Origin: Octopus sinensis
Lineage: Eukaryota
Reading direction: 5' to 3'
Assembly (NCBI RefSeq): GCF_006345805.1
Contig: NC_043004.1
Span: 45,260,001-45,324,000, forward strand
Length of the DNA: 64,000 bases
Shown here: one piece after another, positions 39,036-51,826 of the stretch
How the letters are laid out: each line of letters opens with the position of its first letter
How positions within the stretch are numbered: the stretch's first letter is position 1
Program-made: the position numbers and the translations under genes
The notes under the pieces: generated by a model
Database searches by the model: none
Seen by the model: the letters and a program-made list of their open reading frames with translations, nothing else
What the model was told of the DNA's origin: nothing

Positions 39036-40009
39036 TGATGAGGTTGAATGAAGCAGGGGTGATAGCAGTCATTCAGGTTTTTCAAATAGTGTTGATTATA
39101 GTGATAAGTCAAGCCCATAGATAAAAAACATTTCAGGTATAACCACAGTAGCTAGAGCTACTACACTGTAGTGTACTTAGAGAGAGGTGTTGTGGTCGCA
39201 GTGCAAGCCAGTGGCATTTTGGTTCTAGTAGATGCTGAGAGTTATGGTGACACTACTAAAAACTTAGTCATTGTGATTCATTCTTTAGATATTGATAGTG
39301 TGTTGATGGTGGTCATGGTATTGTGTCCATATGGATGTTCTATGAAAATGTTTCAGTGCCACCAATGTCATCACTTAGGATTTGATTACAAATATGAACC
39401 TGTCATATTAGGGTAAATTTAAAAGCCATATTTCTCTTGTAAAAATTGCCTCTTGTCAATATTACTGTGCCATCACAAAGAATCATTTGAGTGTCAATCA
39501 GTCACAATACTTTGTGGTATTTAGTTACAGCTATCCTTGTTCTAAGTTAAATTTCTGCTGTGGTTAAGTTTGTTTTTCATCTTTTTGACGGTAGATGAAG
39601 TAAAGCATCAATAAAGTACTGAGGTTGATACAGTTAGCTGTAATCAACCTTTTCTAATTGTGGTTTAGAATCTATGTTAGAAAAAAATAACTACTACTCT
39701 TTTACTCTTTTACTCTTTTACTTGTTTTAGTCATTTGACTGTGGCCATGCTGGAGCACCGCCTTTAGTCGAGCAACTCGACCCCGGGACTTATTCTTTTT
39801 GTAAGCCCAGTACTTATTCTATCGGTCTCTTTTGCCGAACCGGTTTAAAAATATAAAATGAAATAAAATCATCATTATTATTATCATCCTTTTGAGATCA
39901 GTGAAATTAATTTCCAATTGAGTACTGAAATTGATACAATCAACTAGCACTTGCTCTCACGAAATATCAGCCCCCACCCTGTTCCTTCTGTAGAGAGAAT
40001 TATTATTAT

Positions 40010-40600
40010 TACTACTGAGTGAGAGTGCAGTGCATGCCATCAAAGTGACACTGAGATAAAATATACGAAGGCCAGTATACATATCATGACCACCCACCTG
40101 ACGAGAGTACATCAGGGACATGCATCACAAGAATATGTGCACAAAATGGTGATGTCATGTTAAGATAAACAGCGCATGACCTTGAAGGTTGGGCTCGATT
40201 AGAATTTTCTTCAGGTCGAGTAGCCCATCCCACTCAAAAGGTCCCCGAATAAGGGTTGTTTAAGGATGTTTTAATGAAACACCCATGTTTCCTGAGGTGA
40301 ATTATCCAAACCTCAAAGAATTCCTTTCAACACTACTCCTGCTCATGAACAGTGATGCACATATCGTCAACCACCAAGGGACATGCTCAACTGGTTACAG
40401 TCAAACAACTGACAAGCAAATGTGTGGTATTGAACAAAATATTTGCTGTAGCCCATCTTTTATACCTAAATGAAACAATGTACATGATAGCATTTCCAAT
40501 CAGTTAAGATCAGAAGCCATGAGAGCCACTGTCTGGTACTGCATCAGGGCTTACAGAATATTTACTGTAGCCCAGCTTTTATACCAAGACAAAACAATTA
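40010..40600 (-). mobile_element. Unclassified ~600-bp SINE-like repeat ending ...GCATGCACTGCTCTCTCACTC(AAT)n
   Basis: Reverse-complement homolog at 52625-53050. Confidence 0.8.
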
Positions 40601-41630
40601 TTACATATTATTATTATCATTATTATTGCTATTAATATTATTAAGGTGGCGAGCTAGCAGAATCATTTGCACACCTGGCAAGAACGCTTAGCAACATTCC
40701 ATCCTGTATTCATGTTCTGAGTTGAAATTCCACCAAGATGAACTTTACCTTTCATCCTTTCAGGGTCAATAAAATAGGTACCAGTTGAGCACTGGGGTCG
40801 ATGAAATCAACTTATCTCCTCTCTCGAAATTACTGGCCTTGCGCCAAATTTGTAACCGTTATTATTATTACTATTATTATTATTATTATTATTATTATTG
40901 GTTATGACAAGTACACTGGTAATGCAGACATAGATCACAAGCAATTAAAAATATGTTATTGCCGTAACTTTTTTGCTGAATCCTTTGTAGCCTTGTTTTT
41001 CTTTTTTCTTTTTTTTTTTTTCCTTTCATCTTTCACTGTCAATATAATAAACTGTGGGCATAAAATAGGCTTGTTTCAATCAACTATATCTCCTCTCTTT
41101 AAATTTTTATCAATATAACTCTATGGTAAACAATTATTGGTATTTATACAAATAAATAATAAAAGAATTATTGGTGTTATTACACTTATTCTCTTTTGTT
41201 GTTTCTTCCTTTTCGTTTAGAACACTGTAAAGCAATACTGGTAGAGCGCCAGACAAAATGCTTTGTGATATTTAGTAAAATTTCTTTGTTTTAAGTTCAA
41301 ATCCCTCTGGGGCTAACTTTGCCTTTCATACTTCTGGGTTGATAAAGTATCACTCAGTGAGGATGATTCAACTGACTTTACTCTTCCCCTCTCCAAATTT
41401 TTTCCCCCTTTCACTTTTATTGGAAATAATTGTTCAGATCATATTTATTTTAATTTATTATTTGTAATTACTTTAGAACAGTATCAAATTTTTTTACAAC
41501 CATCATCATTAAAACTATCAATGAGCAGGGTTTGAACTGAGAATCTAAAGGGATGTTACTAAATACCGTAAAGCTTTTTGTCTGATGCTGCAATGATTCT
41601 GTCAAATTCACCAGCCTAATAATAATAATA

Positions 41631-41966
41631 AAGAAAGAGGATGAAAAACAAGAAAAAAATATTATCCCGTAAAACTTGAAATTGCAGGAATTTGAAGTAT
41701 GATAACTAAAGTTTGTGCCTGTAAATAATTGGTTCACCACTCAGAACTGTAAGTAAGGATATAGATAAATGGTTGAAGGAGATTGGAATAGAATGTCCTG
41801 TAAAGCTTCTACGGAAAGCTTGCCTCTTAGGGACAGGAAAGATTACCTGGAATGTCTTCAGCAGTTGAAAAACTATTGAAAGCTTGTGGATACCCAAGGT
41901 TACAGGTAGTAACCTGTTACCCACATAAATCATACCAAGAATAAGAACAGACCTCGGTCAAATCAG
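41631..41966 (+). pseudogene. 5'-truncated R4/Dong-like (RLE-type) non-LTR retrotransposon 3' end
   Basis: Reads KEDEKQEK..LEIAGI..VPV(I)IG..VSKDIDKWLKEIGIECPVKLLRKACLLGTGKITWNVFSS*, matching the KEK..KY..L / PVIIGALG / QKACLLGT C-terminus. Flanked on both sides by (TAA)n. Confidence 0.8.
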
Positions 41967-42379
41967 TAATAATAGTAATAATTGTTTTGACTTTAGGGAC
42001 ATGGCGAGAAACTTGGTGGGCCTGGGGTACAGTTGATTATATCAGTCTACAACTTGTTGGTTCTATTGACTGCAGAAGAAATACCTCATTTGTAGGATTT
42101 AAGCTCATAGTACAAAGTGCTGGGAGACTTATTGCAAGGTCATTTGACCAACACTAAGGGTTTTGCCATAATAATAAAAAGAAGAATTACAAAAGTAATG
42201 GTTTCAAATTTTCTTACAAGGACAGCAATTTTAAAGGGATGGGGCTTTGAGTGAAGTACTTAACTGGTACTTAATTTTATCAACTCCAGAAGGATGGAAA
42301 ACAAAGTTGACCGTAGCATATTTGAACTTGGTACATAAAGAGCTGGAACAATTACTGTTAAACGTTTTTTCCCATTCTT

Positions 42380-42782
42380 GGATCTTTTCGGTTTGAACGG
42401 CAGTTTTTTCTAGCGGTGTCATATGAAATTGTCGCCCATAATTATGACCCTAGTATCGATCTATTGCATTTCAATCTGTGTTAGGGGTGGGGGAAGGGTA
42501 TCTTTTTTTCTTCACAAATGTAAATAAACCCAATCTGTTTCTTAAATAAGGGACATATTCATATGGCACAGAATGTTTTTTATCTCAATAGATGTCAGTG
42601 ATTGGTTGAAATTGAAGAAATTGGAGAAAAAAACAACAAATATCTTACAAACCATAGAATTTTCTCAATAAAGCCAAGAGAAAAAGATGTTTTATAAACA
42701 CATTCTACCAGTATATGAAGTTTAAAATTTTTTAGTTACCTAGAAATTATGTTAAAAACTGCCGTTCAAGCCAAAAACATTC
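42380..42782 (+). mobile_element. ~400-bp MITE family copy 2
   Basis: TIRs GGATCTTTTCGGTTTGAACGGCAGTTTT ... AAAACTGCCGTTCAAGCCAAAAACATTC. Confidence 0.9.
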
Positions 42783-42799
42783 AGTTTTACCTGTCAACC

Positions 42800-43902
42800 A
42801 CCTACATAAGTGCAATTAAAACTGTGCAGCATTTTGTCTATGTTCTGAGCTCAAATTCTGCTAAAGTCACCTTTGCTTTAATTCTTTCAGGGTTGATGAA
42901 ATATGTACCAGTTGATCCCTAGGATTGATGTAATCGACCATCCACCACCTCCCCCAAAATTTCATGCCTTATGCCTATAGTAGAAAGGATTATTGTAAAC
43001 TTTAAGATGATGGATTGGTAGAAGAATTAGGGTGTTGGAGAAAATGCCTTATATTATTTCTTTCAGCTCCTTATGTTTTTGGTTCAAATCTTGCTGAGGT
43101 CAAGTTTGACTTTCATTCTTTCAAAGTTAATAAAATCAGGAACCAGTCGAAAACTGGTGTTGATGGTGTCGACTATTGCCCATCCCCTCAAAATTGCTGG
43201 CCTTGTTCTTAAATTAGATGTAGTTATTATTATTATTAACTCTGTCATCATTCTGCAAGAAAATGAAATTGTGCTATTAGAATCGATTAAGCATCAGACA
43301 ATATAATAGGCCTTTCAGTATTTCTTCTAAATCCTTATATTCTAAATCCATATCCTAATCAAGTTAGCTTTGTCTTTCTTCCAGAATAAACTAGCAGTCG
43401 AGTGCTGGGGTTCATTGTATTGACTAATTCCTGTCCCCTAAAGTTTCTGGCTCGGTGACAAGATTTGAAACCATTATTAAGGCCAGCAGCTGGCAGAGTC
43501 ATTGGTGTGTTGTACAAAATGCTTAGCAACATTTCTCCTAGTTCTTTACATTCTGAGATCAAATTCCACTGAGGGTGACTGTGCCTTTCATCCTTTTGAG
43601 GTCAATAAAATAAGAACATGTCAAGTACTAGAGTTGCTCCACCCCTGAAAATTGCTCACCTTGCACCAAAATTAAAAAGAATTATTATTATCATTATCTA
43701 AAAAGGTGGTGTGCTGGCAGAATCATTAGCATGCTGGGCCAAATGCTGAGCAGCGTTTCATCCATGTTCACATTCTGAGTTCAAATTCCGACAAGGTCGA
43801 ATTTGCCTTTCGTTTTTTTGGGGTCGATAAAATAAGTATCAGTTCAATACTGGGACTTATCCACTTTCCTAAATTTGCTGGCCTTGTTCCAAAATTTGAA
43901 GC

Positions 43903-43935
<33 letters not shown>
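42800..43935 (+). mobile_element. Array of about five head-to-tail SINE copies joined by (ATT)n linkers
   Basis: The modules TTCTGAGTTCAAATTC..GGTC.ACTTTGCCTTTCATCC..AAATTGCTGGCCTTG..AAATTTGAAACCATTATT recur in the same orientation. Confidence 0.8.
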
Positions 43936-43941
<6 letters not shown>

Positions 43942-43959
43942 ATTCTACAAATTGTATTC

Positions 43960-44426
43960 TCTTATTGTTTCACTTGCTTCAGTCATTAGACTGCGGCCAT
44001 GTTGGAGCACCACCTTGAATTTTTCTTTTTTCTTTCAGTCAAACAAATCAACCACAGTACTTATTTCTTTTAAACCTGGTAGTTATTCTATTAATCTCTC
44101 TTTTGCCAAACTGCTATATTATGGGGATGTAAACAACTTAACATTTGTTGTCAAACAATTGTGGTAGACAAACACAGACTCACATATACATACATACACA
44201 CACACACATACACATACATCTATATACACACACACATAAATATATTTACACACATATATACACACATATATATACACATATATATATACATATATATATA
44301 TATACATACATATATACACACACACATATATATATACATACACACACATATATACACATATATATATATATATATACATACATATATATATGCATACATA
44401 TACATGTACACATACATTTTACATAC

Positions 44427-44457
<31 letters not shown>

Positions 44458-44517
44458 ATATATATATATATATATACATACATATATATGCATACATATA
44501 CATGTACACATACATTT

Positions 44518-44569
<52 letters not shown>

Positions 44570-44740
44570 ATATATGACAGGATTTTACAGTTTCCGTCTA
44601 TTAAATCCACTTACAAACTTTTGGCCAGCCCAAGGCTATAGTAGAAGACACTTGCCCATGGTGCCACACAGTGGGATTGAACCCGGAACCCTGTGATTGA
44701 GAAGCAATATTCTTACCAGACAGTTATGCCTGCACCTATA
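43960..44740 (-). mobile_element. Full-length CORE-like tRNA SINE with internal microsatellite expanded to ~400 bp (44181-44575)
   Basis: Tail half and head half match 60495-60913 on either side of the array. Confidence 0.85.
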
Positions 44741-45179
44741 TATTGAGCATTTCCCCTGTATTTTTGTGTGCATATATATGTGTGTGTGTGTATGTGTCTG
44801 TGTGCGTATTTTAGTATGTATATGTATGACAGACATGCAGATAGAGAGAGAGAGGGGTGTGCAACAGAGATGATGGCAAGCAGGTTTATTTTTAAAATGA
44901 CTACTTCCATTTCAGAAACCTTCATTAATGAGCATTTTAATTTTAATGAAACACTATCCCTTGAGTAATTCACTTCAATCCACTATGCAATGGCTTAATT
45001 TGAAAAAAAAATTCATTCACATACATACAAACATGCATACATATGCTTTGATGCATGTATATGTATGTACAAATGCACACATATACGTATAATGTTTCTA
45101 TTGTGTAGAATTAGTAAATGATGGGGGGTGAGTGGTGTTCGTGCTAATAGAAGTTGGAAATTCAAAACAAAATCTTCCT

Positions 45180-45213
<34 letters not shown>

Positions 45214-45328
45214 TTATCCAAAAGAAAATTTTAATATTGGCATTCCCTGAGGAAATATTTAAATGGATTTATTAACAGTGATATTTTTTCAGTATTTTCT
45301 TTGTTTCGGGTTTTCTTGTATGTATGCA

Positions 45329-45377
<49 letters not shown>

Positions 45378-45604
45378 GAGAGAGAGAGAGCATATGTGTG
45401 TGTGTGTATGATGTATGGGTTGTTGTTCTTATAGAATAGGGAGTACTGGCATGGAGAAAATGGTTTGTTCTTTCTCTGACCATGCAGCTTCAGCCAGGCA
45501 TTGTTCAGTCAGCTGACAATATCTTTCTTCCTTTTCTCCTTCCTCCTCTTTCCTCGTCCCCTTCCCCCCTCTCTGTCAGATATTTCTATCCATTTTCTTT
45601 GTAT

Positions 45605-45740
45605 TTATAGCTTTTGAGAGGATAAAATTAGCAGTGGAGCTGGATCTGATGACTGCAATAGCATTGACTATGGATTAAAGCATATAGGAAGTCTACAGAG
45701 AATTGCTATATTTGTTAGTGTTCTAAAAAGTTGTTTTGAG
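45605..45740 (+). pseudogene. Old RTE RT fragment (..DKISSGAG.. region after the YLG motif)
   Basis: Degenerate match to CYLGDQISSGGG..RIGWRKFRELL. Confidence 0.45.
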
Positions 45741-45998
45741 AGAACACAATGTTTCTCTATAGTAACCAAATCTCTCTCTCTCTCTCAACAAACATTTTAC
45801 CATTTATTTACAAAATGAGGATATCTTTTTGTTTTTTCATCAAAAATTTCAGCATAAATTGACCCTCCATGTAAAAAAAGTGGCCACGGTGTGAAATGCT
45901 AATTGATTTCCTGATGAAGGTCTGAACAGAGGCTACTGAAAAATAACAACAGTCTGCTTTCTAATGCATTGAGTTTATCTCACCAAAATGCTGTTTTT

Positions 45999-46693
45999 GG
46001 ATTTTTTCAGTTTGAACAGCAGTTTTTAACATAATTTCTCGGTAACTAAAAAATTTTAAACTTCATCTACTGGTAGAATGTGTTTATAAAACATCTTTTT
46101 CTCGTCATTTAACGTCCGTTCTCCATGCTAGCATGGGTTGGACGGTTCGACCGGGGTTCTGGGAAGCCAGAAGGCTGCACCAGGCTCCAGTCTAATTTGG
46201 CAATGTTTCTACAGCTGGATGCCCTTCCTAACGCCAACCACTCCGTGAGTGTAGTGGGTGCTTTTTACGTGCCACCTGCACAGGTGCCAGGCGGGGCTGG
46301 CAACGGCCACGGTCAGATTGGTGTATTTTATGTGCCACCGGCACGGAAGCCAGTCGAGGCGGTGCTTGCCTTTATTGAGAAAATTCTATAGTTTGTAAGA
46401 TATTTGTTGTTTTTTTTTCTTCAATTTCTGCAATTTCAACCAATCAATGACCGTATATTGAGGTGAAAGCATTCTGTGCCATATGAAAATGTCCCTCGTT
46501 TAAGAAACAGATTGGGTTTATTTACATTTGTGAAGAAAAAAAGATACCCTTCCCCTAACCCTAACTAACCCTAACTCTAACCCTAACCCTAAAATAGATT
46601 GAAATGCAATAGATCGATACTAGGGTCATAATTATGGGTGACAATTTCATATGACACCGCTAGAAAAAACTGCCGTTCAAACCGAAAAGATCC
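45999..46693 (-). mobile_element. ~400-bp MITE family copy 3 (inverted) with nested SINE at 46104-46364
   Basis: Both TIRs present. Flanks CTGTTTTT and CTGTTTTC may be an 8-bp TSD. (CCCTAA)n-like tract at 46553-46592. Confidence 0.88.
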
Positions 46694-47585
46694 CTGTTTT
46701 CTTTTAAATAGAGTATATATATATATTCTTAAATCTTACAGTTATGCTTCTTTCTTTAATTATTGCTTAACTTTATTACGCATATGTTGGGTCAGGATTT
46801 GGCCAAAAAAGTAATCTAAACACAACTAGATTAATGATCTGCCAGAAATAGCAGCCTAATCTTTCTCAAATCATACCCTGTCTCTTAAAAAAAAAATTGG
46901 GAAGGGCATATTAGATAATGTAAGCCTCATTGTGTGCTCTCTCAGGGTTGATATTGGACTAATCAACAACAAAATAAAGTTAAACCCAACCAGTTCCGCA
47001 AACTCACTGCTTGACATAATGATTGGCTTATGTTAATTAATCTGTTTTTCTTATTTTTATTTAGAGTTTTTATTAATTATAATCCTTTTTTCTTATAATT
47101 ACAGAATCATCCTTGCTGAACTCTGAGGATATATATTTACTTACTCAAAGTATATACAGTTTTAAACATATGCACACTCATTCACTCACACATTTATGTG
47201 TGTATGTATATTTATATACATATAACTAAAGTGGATATATAACATGGCAAGGTCTTTACTATTTATGGTATGTATATTTTGATTATATTTTTTTGTGAAT
47301 TTTATACAAACTATACATATTAGATGTGCATACATACGATAATTACATGGCATGCTTAGTCATATATACCAGAGAATTCTACTCTAGCATAAACACTACT
47401 GTTTGATCAAATCAATCCATATCTGATCGCATTGATATCTTATAGTTGATAGTAAATTCAACACTGCCATATCACATAGTTAGACATGGGTTATTCTTTA
47501 TGGAATTATATATCTAGATTCATCTTCTTTAACAGCATTAATATTGTGTATGCCTAAAGTTTTATATATATATATATATATATAC

Positions 47586-47800
47586 ACAGTAATACCTCAC
47601 TTCACAAGACCCCAGGTTTACAAGTTTTATATTCTAGTTCACTTTTGTATGGCAAGCTGAAATTTTTCAAGCAAAAGATCCAAATTTTTAATAAAGTTCA
47701 AAAGTTTCTACTATCATGTTTACGAGAAATTTTCAGAGAGCATAAAAAAGCTTCTTGTAAGCAAACAACTCTAGACTTGTTTTTTTAAAAAGAAATCTGC
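47586..47800 (+). mobile_element. Possible Tigger/pogo-like remnant
   Basis: Begins CAGTAATACCTC next to a (TA)n tract; the other end was not found. Confidence 0.3.
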
Positions 47801-48242
47801 AAGTCCATCTACAAGTGCTTGCGAATCAGTAATTACATCTATAACTGGTGATGTGTTTGAGCCTAGTGCGTGTGAAAGTGATTCAGAAAATGATTATGAT
47901 AATATTTTTTAATATAAATGATCTTGACATTCTTTTTACTTTACATAAATCATTCTCTACATTCTACTGTTGTTTTATTGCAATTCTTTTACAAGTATTA
48001 TAAATTTCACAAGTAAAATATTTTTCTGGGAACGGATTACGGTTTATGACTTTGCTATGGGCAAGTGTCTTGTACTTATAGGCCTGTGCCAACAAAAGCC
48101 ATGTGCATGGATTTGTGTGTGTGTGTATGTGATTGTGGATGTGTCTGTTCCCCACAACCACTTGACAATCATTATTTGCTTGCATATGTCTACATAACGT
48201 GGTTCGGCAAAAGAGACCGATAGAATAAGCATCAGGATTTAA

Positions 48243-48462
48243 CCCTTTAGCATCCAGACTATTTTGTCAAATGCAATGCTTATTTATTTACTTTATTTTA
48301 AATTCATCATTGATTATCTCATAGCTTACAGATTTTGATGATGTGACTGTGTATTTTTAGATTGGCATTGTAAGGTATATGTGCAAGGCCAGGTCTGTCT
48401 CATCTGAACATAAAACAGGTACAATATTTGTGTTGGATATGGCCAATTTATATGCTAAAGGG
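48243..48462. mobile_element. piggyBac-type MITE, 220 bp, nested in a CORE-like SINE (~48050-48565)
   Basis: TIRs CCCTTTAGCAT / ATGCTAAAGGG. TTAA at 48239-48242 and 48463-48466. Confidence 0.9.
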
Positions 48463-51400
48463 TTAAAAGAAAGGACTAGGGTTGATTTGTTTGACTAAAA
48501 CACCTTCACAGTGGTGCCCCAGCATGGTCACAGTTCAGTGACTGAAACAAGTAAAAGATAAAAGGTGTGTGTAGCCCCTAATCCTTGTATGTCCCAATGG
48601 CCAAATATTTTAGCTTTACTTAGCTTCGAAATCCACTGACAAGGCTTTGGTCAACCCAGGTCTATAGCAGAAAGTATTTACCCAATGTGTTTACAAGTGA
48701 CACCATTCCTGAAAACATTCAGTTGCAAAGCAGTCTTCTTAACCATGTAGCTGTGCCTGTACTTATGACTATGGCTTTCCAGGTCTTTCTCTCTCTCTCT
48801 CTTTACACACACTTTCTTCTACATAATTTGTGTATACCAAGATGTACTAGCAAGTTACTTCTGAACCTGAGGAGAAAGCAGCAGACACGTGCCTATGCTT
48901 GTGCATAATATATTTGCATTTAAGAAACAAAGGCAATTAAGTCAGGTTGTCAATGACTTCTTTATATCAAAGAGAAATTATTTTCTGTGGGAATTTCATT
49001 TCACTCTTCACCCATTTTGATCATGTGTGTTTCGGTTAATGAGTGTGTGTTTACTTGTGTTTCCTTGTCTTTGCATTGTGTATTTGTTAGAAATGTTATC
49101 ATTGCCAATGTTCTGCAGAAAATGTCTAACCAGAGAGGAAATATTGCCTTATTTGGGAACAGATAAGGGTGATAACAAGAAGGGCATCTGACCATAGAAA
49201 ATGTACCTCAATAAAACTTGTCTGGCCCATGCAAGCATAGAAAAGTGGATATTAAATAATGTTGAAGATGGTAATGGTGGTTAATGCCAGTGCCACCTGA
49301 TTGGCCCCCATGCTGGTAGCGCATAAAAAGGACCCACTACACTCTTGGAGTGGTTGGCATTAGGAAGGGCATCCAGCTGTAGAAACCTTGCCAGAACAGA
49401 TTGGAACCTAGTGCAGCCTCCTGGCTTTCCAGTTCTCAGTCAAACCCATGCCAGCTAGGAAAGTGGACATTAAACAATGATGATGACGATGGTGATACAT
49501 ACATACATACATATATATATATATAATATATATATATATATAGATAGATTGATAGACGAAGATAGATATTGTCAGTTTATGGTTATTGCCAGTTTATGGG
49601 GCTGCACACACACACACACACGCATTAATCAAGTGCTTAGTTTTACAGCGTTTCTTCAGACCCTAAAGCCATTGGCTTATGGCCTCTGTAGCAAATGGCC
49701 ATTGGCTAGTAAAGCTCTAGACCAATAAGTTTAAGATCTGAAGAAACACCTTAAAGCTGAGTGCTTTATGGATGTGAAACCTTGGGTAACCCCAATAAAC
49801 CGGCTGTATCTATCGAATATACTCTACTGCTCTATAACTTAGAGTGTGCCTCTTTTGGGGATTTATGATTAACTGACAATATATGTATGTGTGTGTTTGT
49901 ATTATTATATAATGTCGTTGATGATGATGATGATGATGATGATAATGAGCATGATGAAGCTGTAAGTGGAAGTGACCACTGTATTTTCTGAGATGCAATT
50001 TCGATTGCATTTGTGAAAATATGAGGCTAATGAATTGAATCCCGAGTTAATCAAATTTGAATGGTCATCCCATGGGATAGAAAGATAGTGACTATGATTA
50101 AGGTAACTAATAACTATGATTGTTTTGCTACTTTTACTGTGAAGCTGATTATGGAACCAGGTTTGTTCAATATTGCAAGTAAGGGAAATACATATTTTTT
50201 TAGAGTATAGTACTTTGAATAAACCAGTTGGTCGACAGAATTTAAGCAGAACATGCTATTAACAGCTTCTTAGCTGAACATATTCTGTACTTTAGAACTG
50301 GTTTATCTATTACAAAATATCTCCCATAAACACTGCTATCCAAAGATACTCCTCCCTGCCACCATGATTCTTGTGAGTTTTAATCCCACCTGTGTTGACT
50401 TAGCCTTTCATCTTTTTCTAAGGTTAATAAAATAAGCCAAGTTATTTCGTATTTTCAGATTAAATTTATCCAAGATATTGTCCATGTGATAAATGTGATT
50501 GAAAGCATATTAAATGATTTAAACATTAAATAGATGATATTTGCATTAATAGAAAATTTATCTTAGTTTCTAATTAGTATGGTCTACATTTTTTTCCTTT
50601 TATCTTTGGAAATTATTGGACAGACTCCACGTGTACATCGCCTTCTTGAAGAAGGGAAAAAGTTTTTGATGGTTTAGCTGCCATCATTTGCTAGAAGAAT
50701 TACTGTACATATCACTAAGGAGATACACTAAATCATTCACTGGTTGTCATGGATTAAAAGAATTACTGACCCATCACAATTATCTTGCACAAATATCATA
50801 CAAGGAAAAGGAAAGTCAAAGTGGCTACAATGAAGCTTTAGTTTTGAATGCTTGTATGTGTCAGTCTGCTATATGTGAATGTGAATTGTGGGAAGGAGAG
50901 AAGGTGAGAAATAAAATAAGGAGTAAAATAGACACCACCATCATCATTTTATATATATTTTCCATGGTGGCATGCATTGACTGGTTTGTTATTCCCTTGT
51001 CTATTCGTATTCCATATTCAGAGTTACTGCCTGTGTAAATAGGGACCATGTCTTACTTAGACACCTCAGTTTTGGCAGCCTTCTGTGGGTAGAGGCCCTC
51101 CTTAACACCAACCACTTTACAGAGTGCAGCAACGTGAACGAAATTACGTAATTCACATGAATAAACCCCCACCATCTTTTTTTTTAAGAAGGAGACTAGA
51201 GAAAAGGGCAGTGGAGGTACTGAGAAAGAGAAAGGATCAAATTTATTGTTTGTGAGAGAATGGCAGAGGAGAGAGAGTAATGCGAGTAACAGTTGTGGCA
51301 GTAAGTACTGGAAGAGTGATAAAGTACATGATGGGTATATATATATATATATGTATATATATACACACACACACAATGTACAGGAAGAAAGGTAGGGAAA

Positions 51401-51686
51401 TTATATATGTATGGCTAGACAGCTAAGGAAAGGTAGAGAGTAATGACAAAAAGTAATGAGATATTTATGCGTGAGTGTGTTTGTGCATATTCTTCGAAAA
51501 TGAATTTAAGGTAAGATGTTAAAGAGTGATTTGATAGATATTTTGGATATAATGCCAAGCTAAAATCAATTTGATAAATCATAGAATTTTTCAATTTGTC
51601 TCCGTCATCATCTAGACAGCTTTCATATATGTTAATGGGCAAGATAAGAAAAGTTTATAAAGCATCAATCAAGTTTTCCCTTACAG

Positions 51687-51826
51687 AATACATAATGGTT
51701 ATTATTGATTATCAAATGGCAGCGAATGGCGAACGAAAAACATGCAAACAATTCAAAAATAGTCTTTTGCAGAAGCCAGATATACTGTGCATGATGAAAA
51801 ATTTCTCTTCTGCTAAGTTGACCCCT
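51687..51826 (+). CDS. Candidate coding exon (EYIMVIIDYQMAANGERKTCKQFKNSLLQKPDILCMMKNFSSAKLTP)
   Basis: Acceptor gttttcccttacag, donor CCT|gtatgt, 140 bp. Single open frame in unique CpG-retaining sequence. Confidence 0.3.

Noticed and set aside
50688-51038. 116-aa ORF
   Set aside because: Non-ATG start, no recognisable domain and no matching splice boundaries.
51142-51153. Palindrome AATTACGTAATT (PAR-bZIP D-box core); also TGACGTCA at 61069-61076
   Set aside because: Single 8-mer sites are expected by chance in 64 kb of AT-rich DNA, and the CRE lies inside a LINE remnant.
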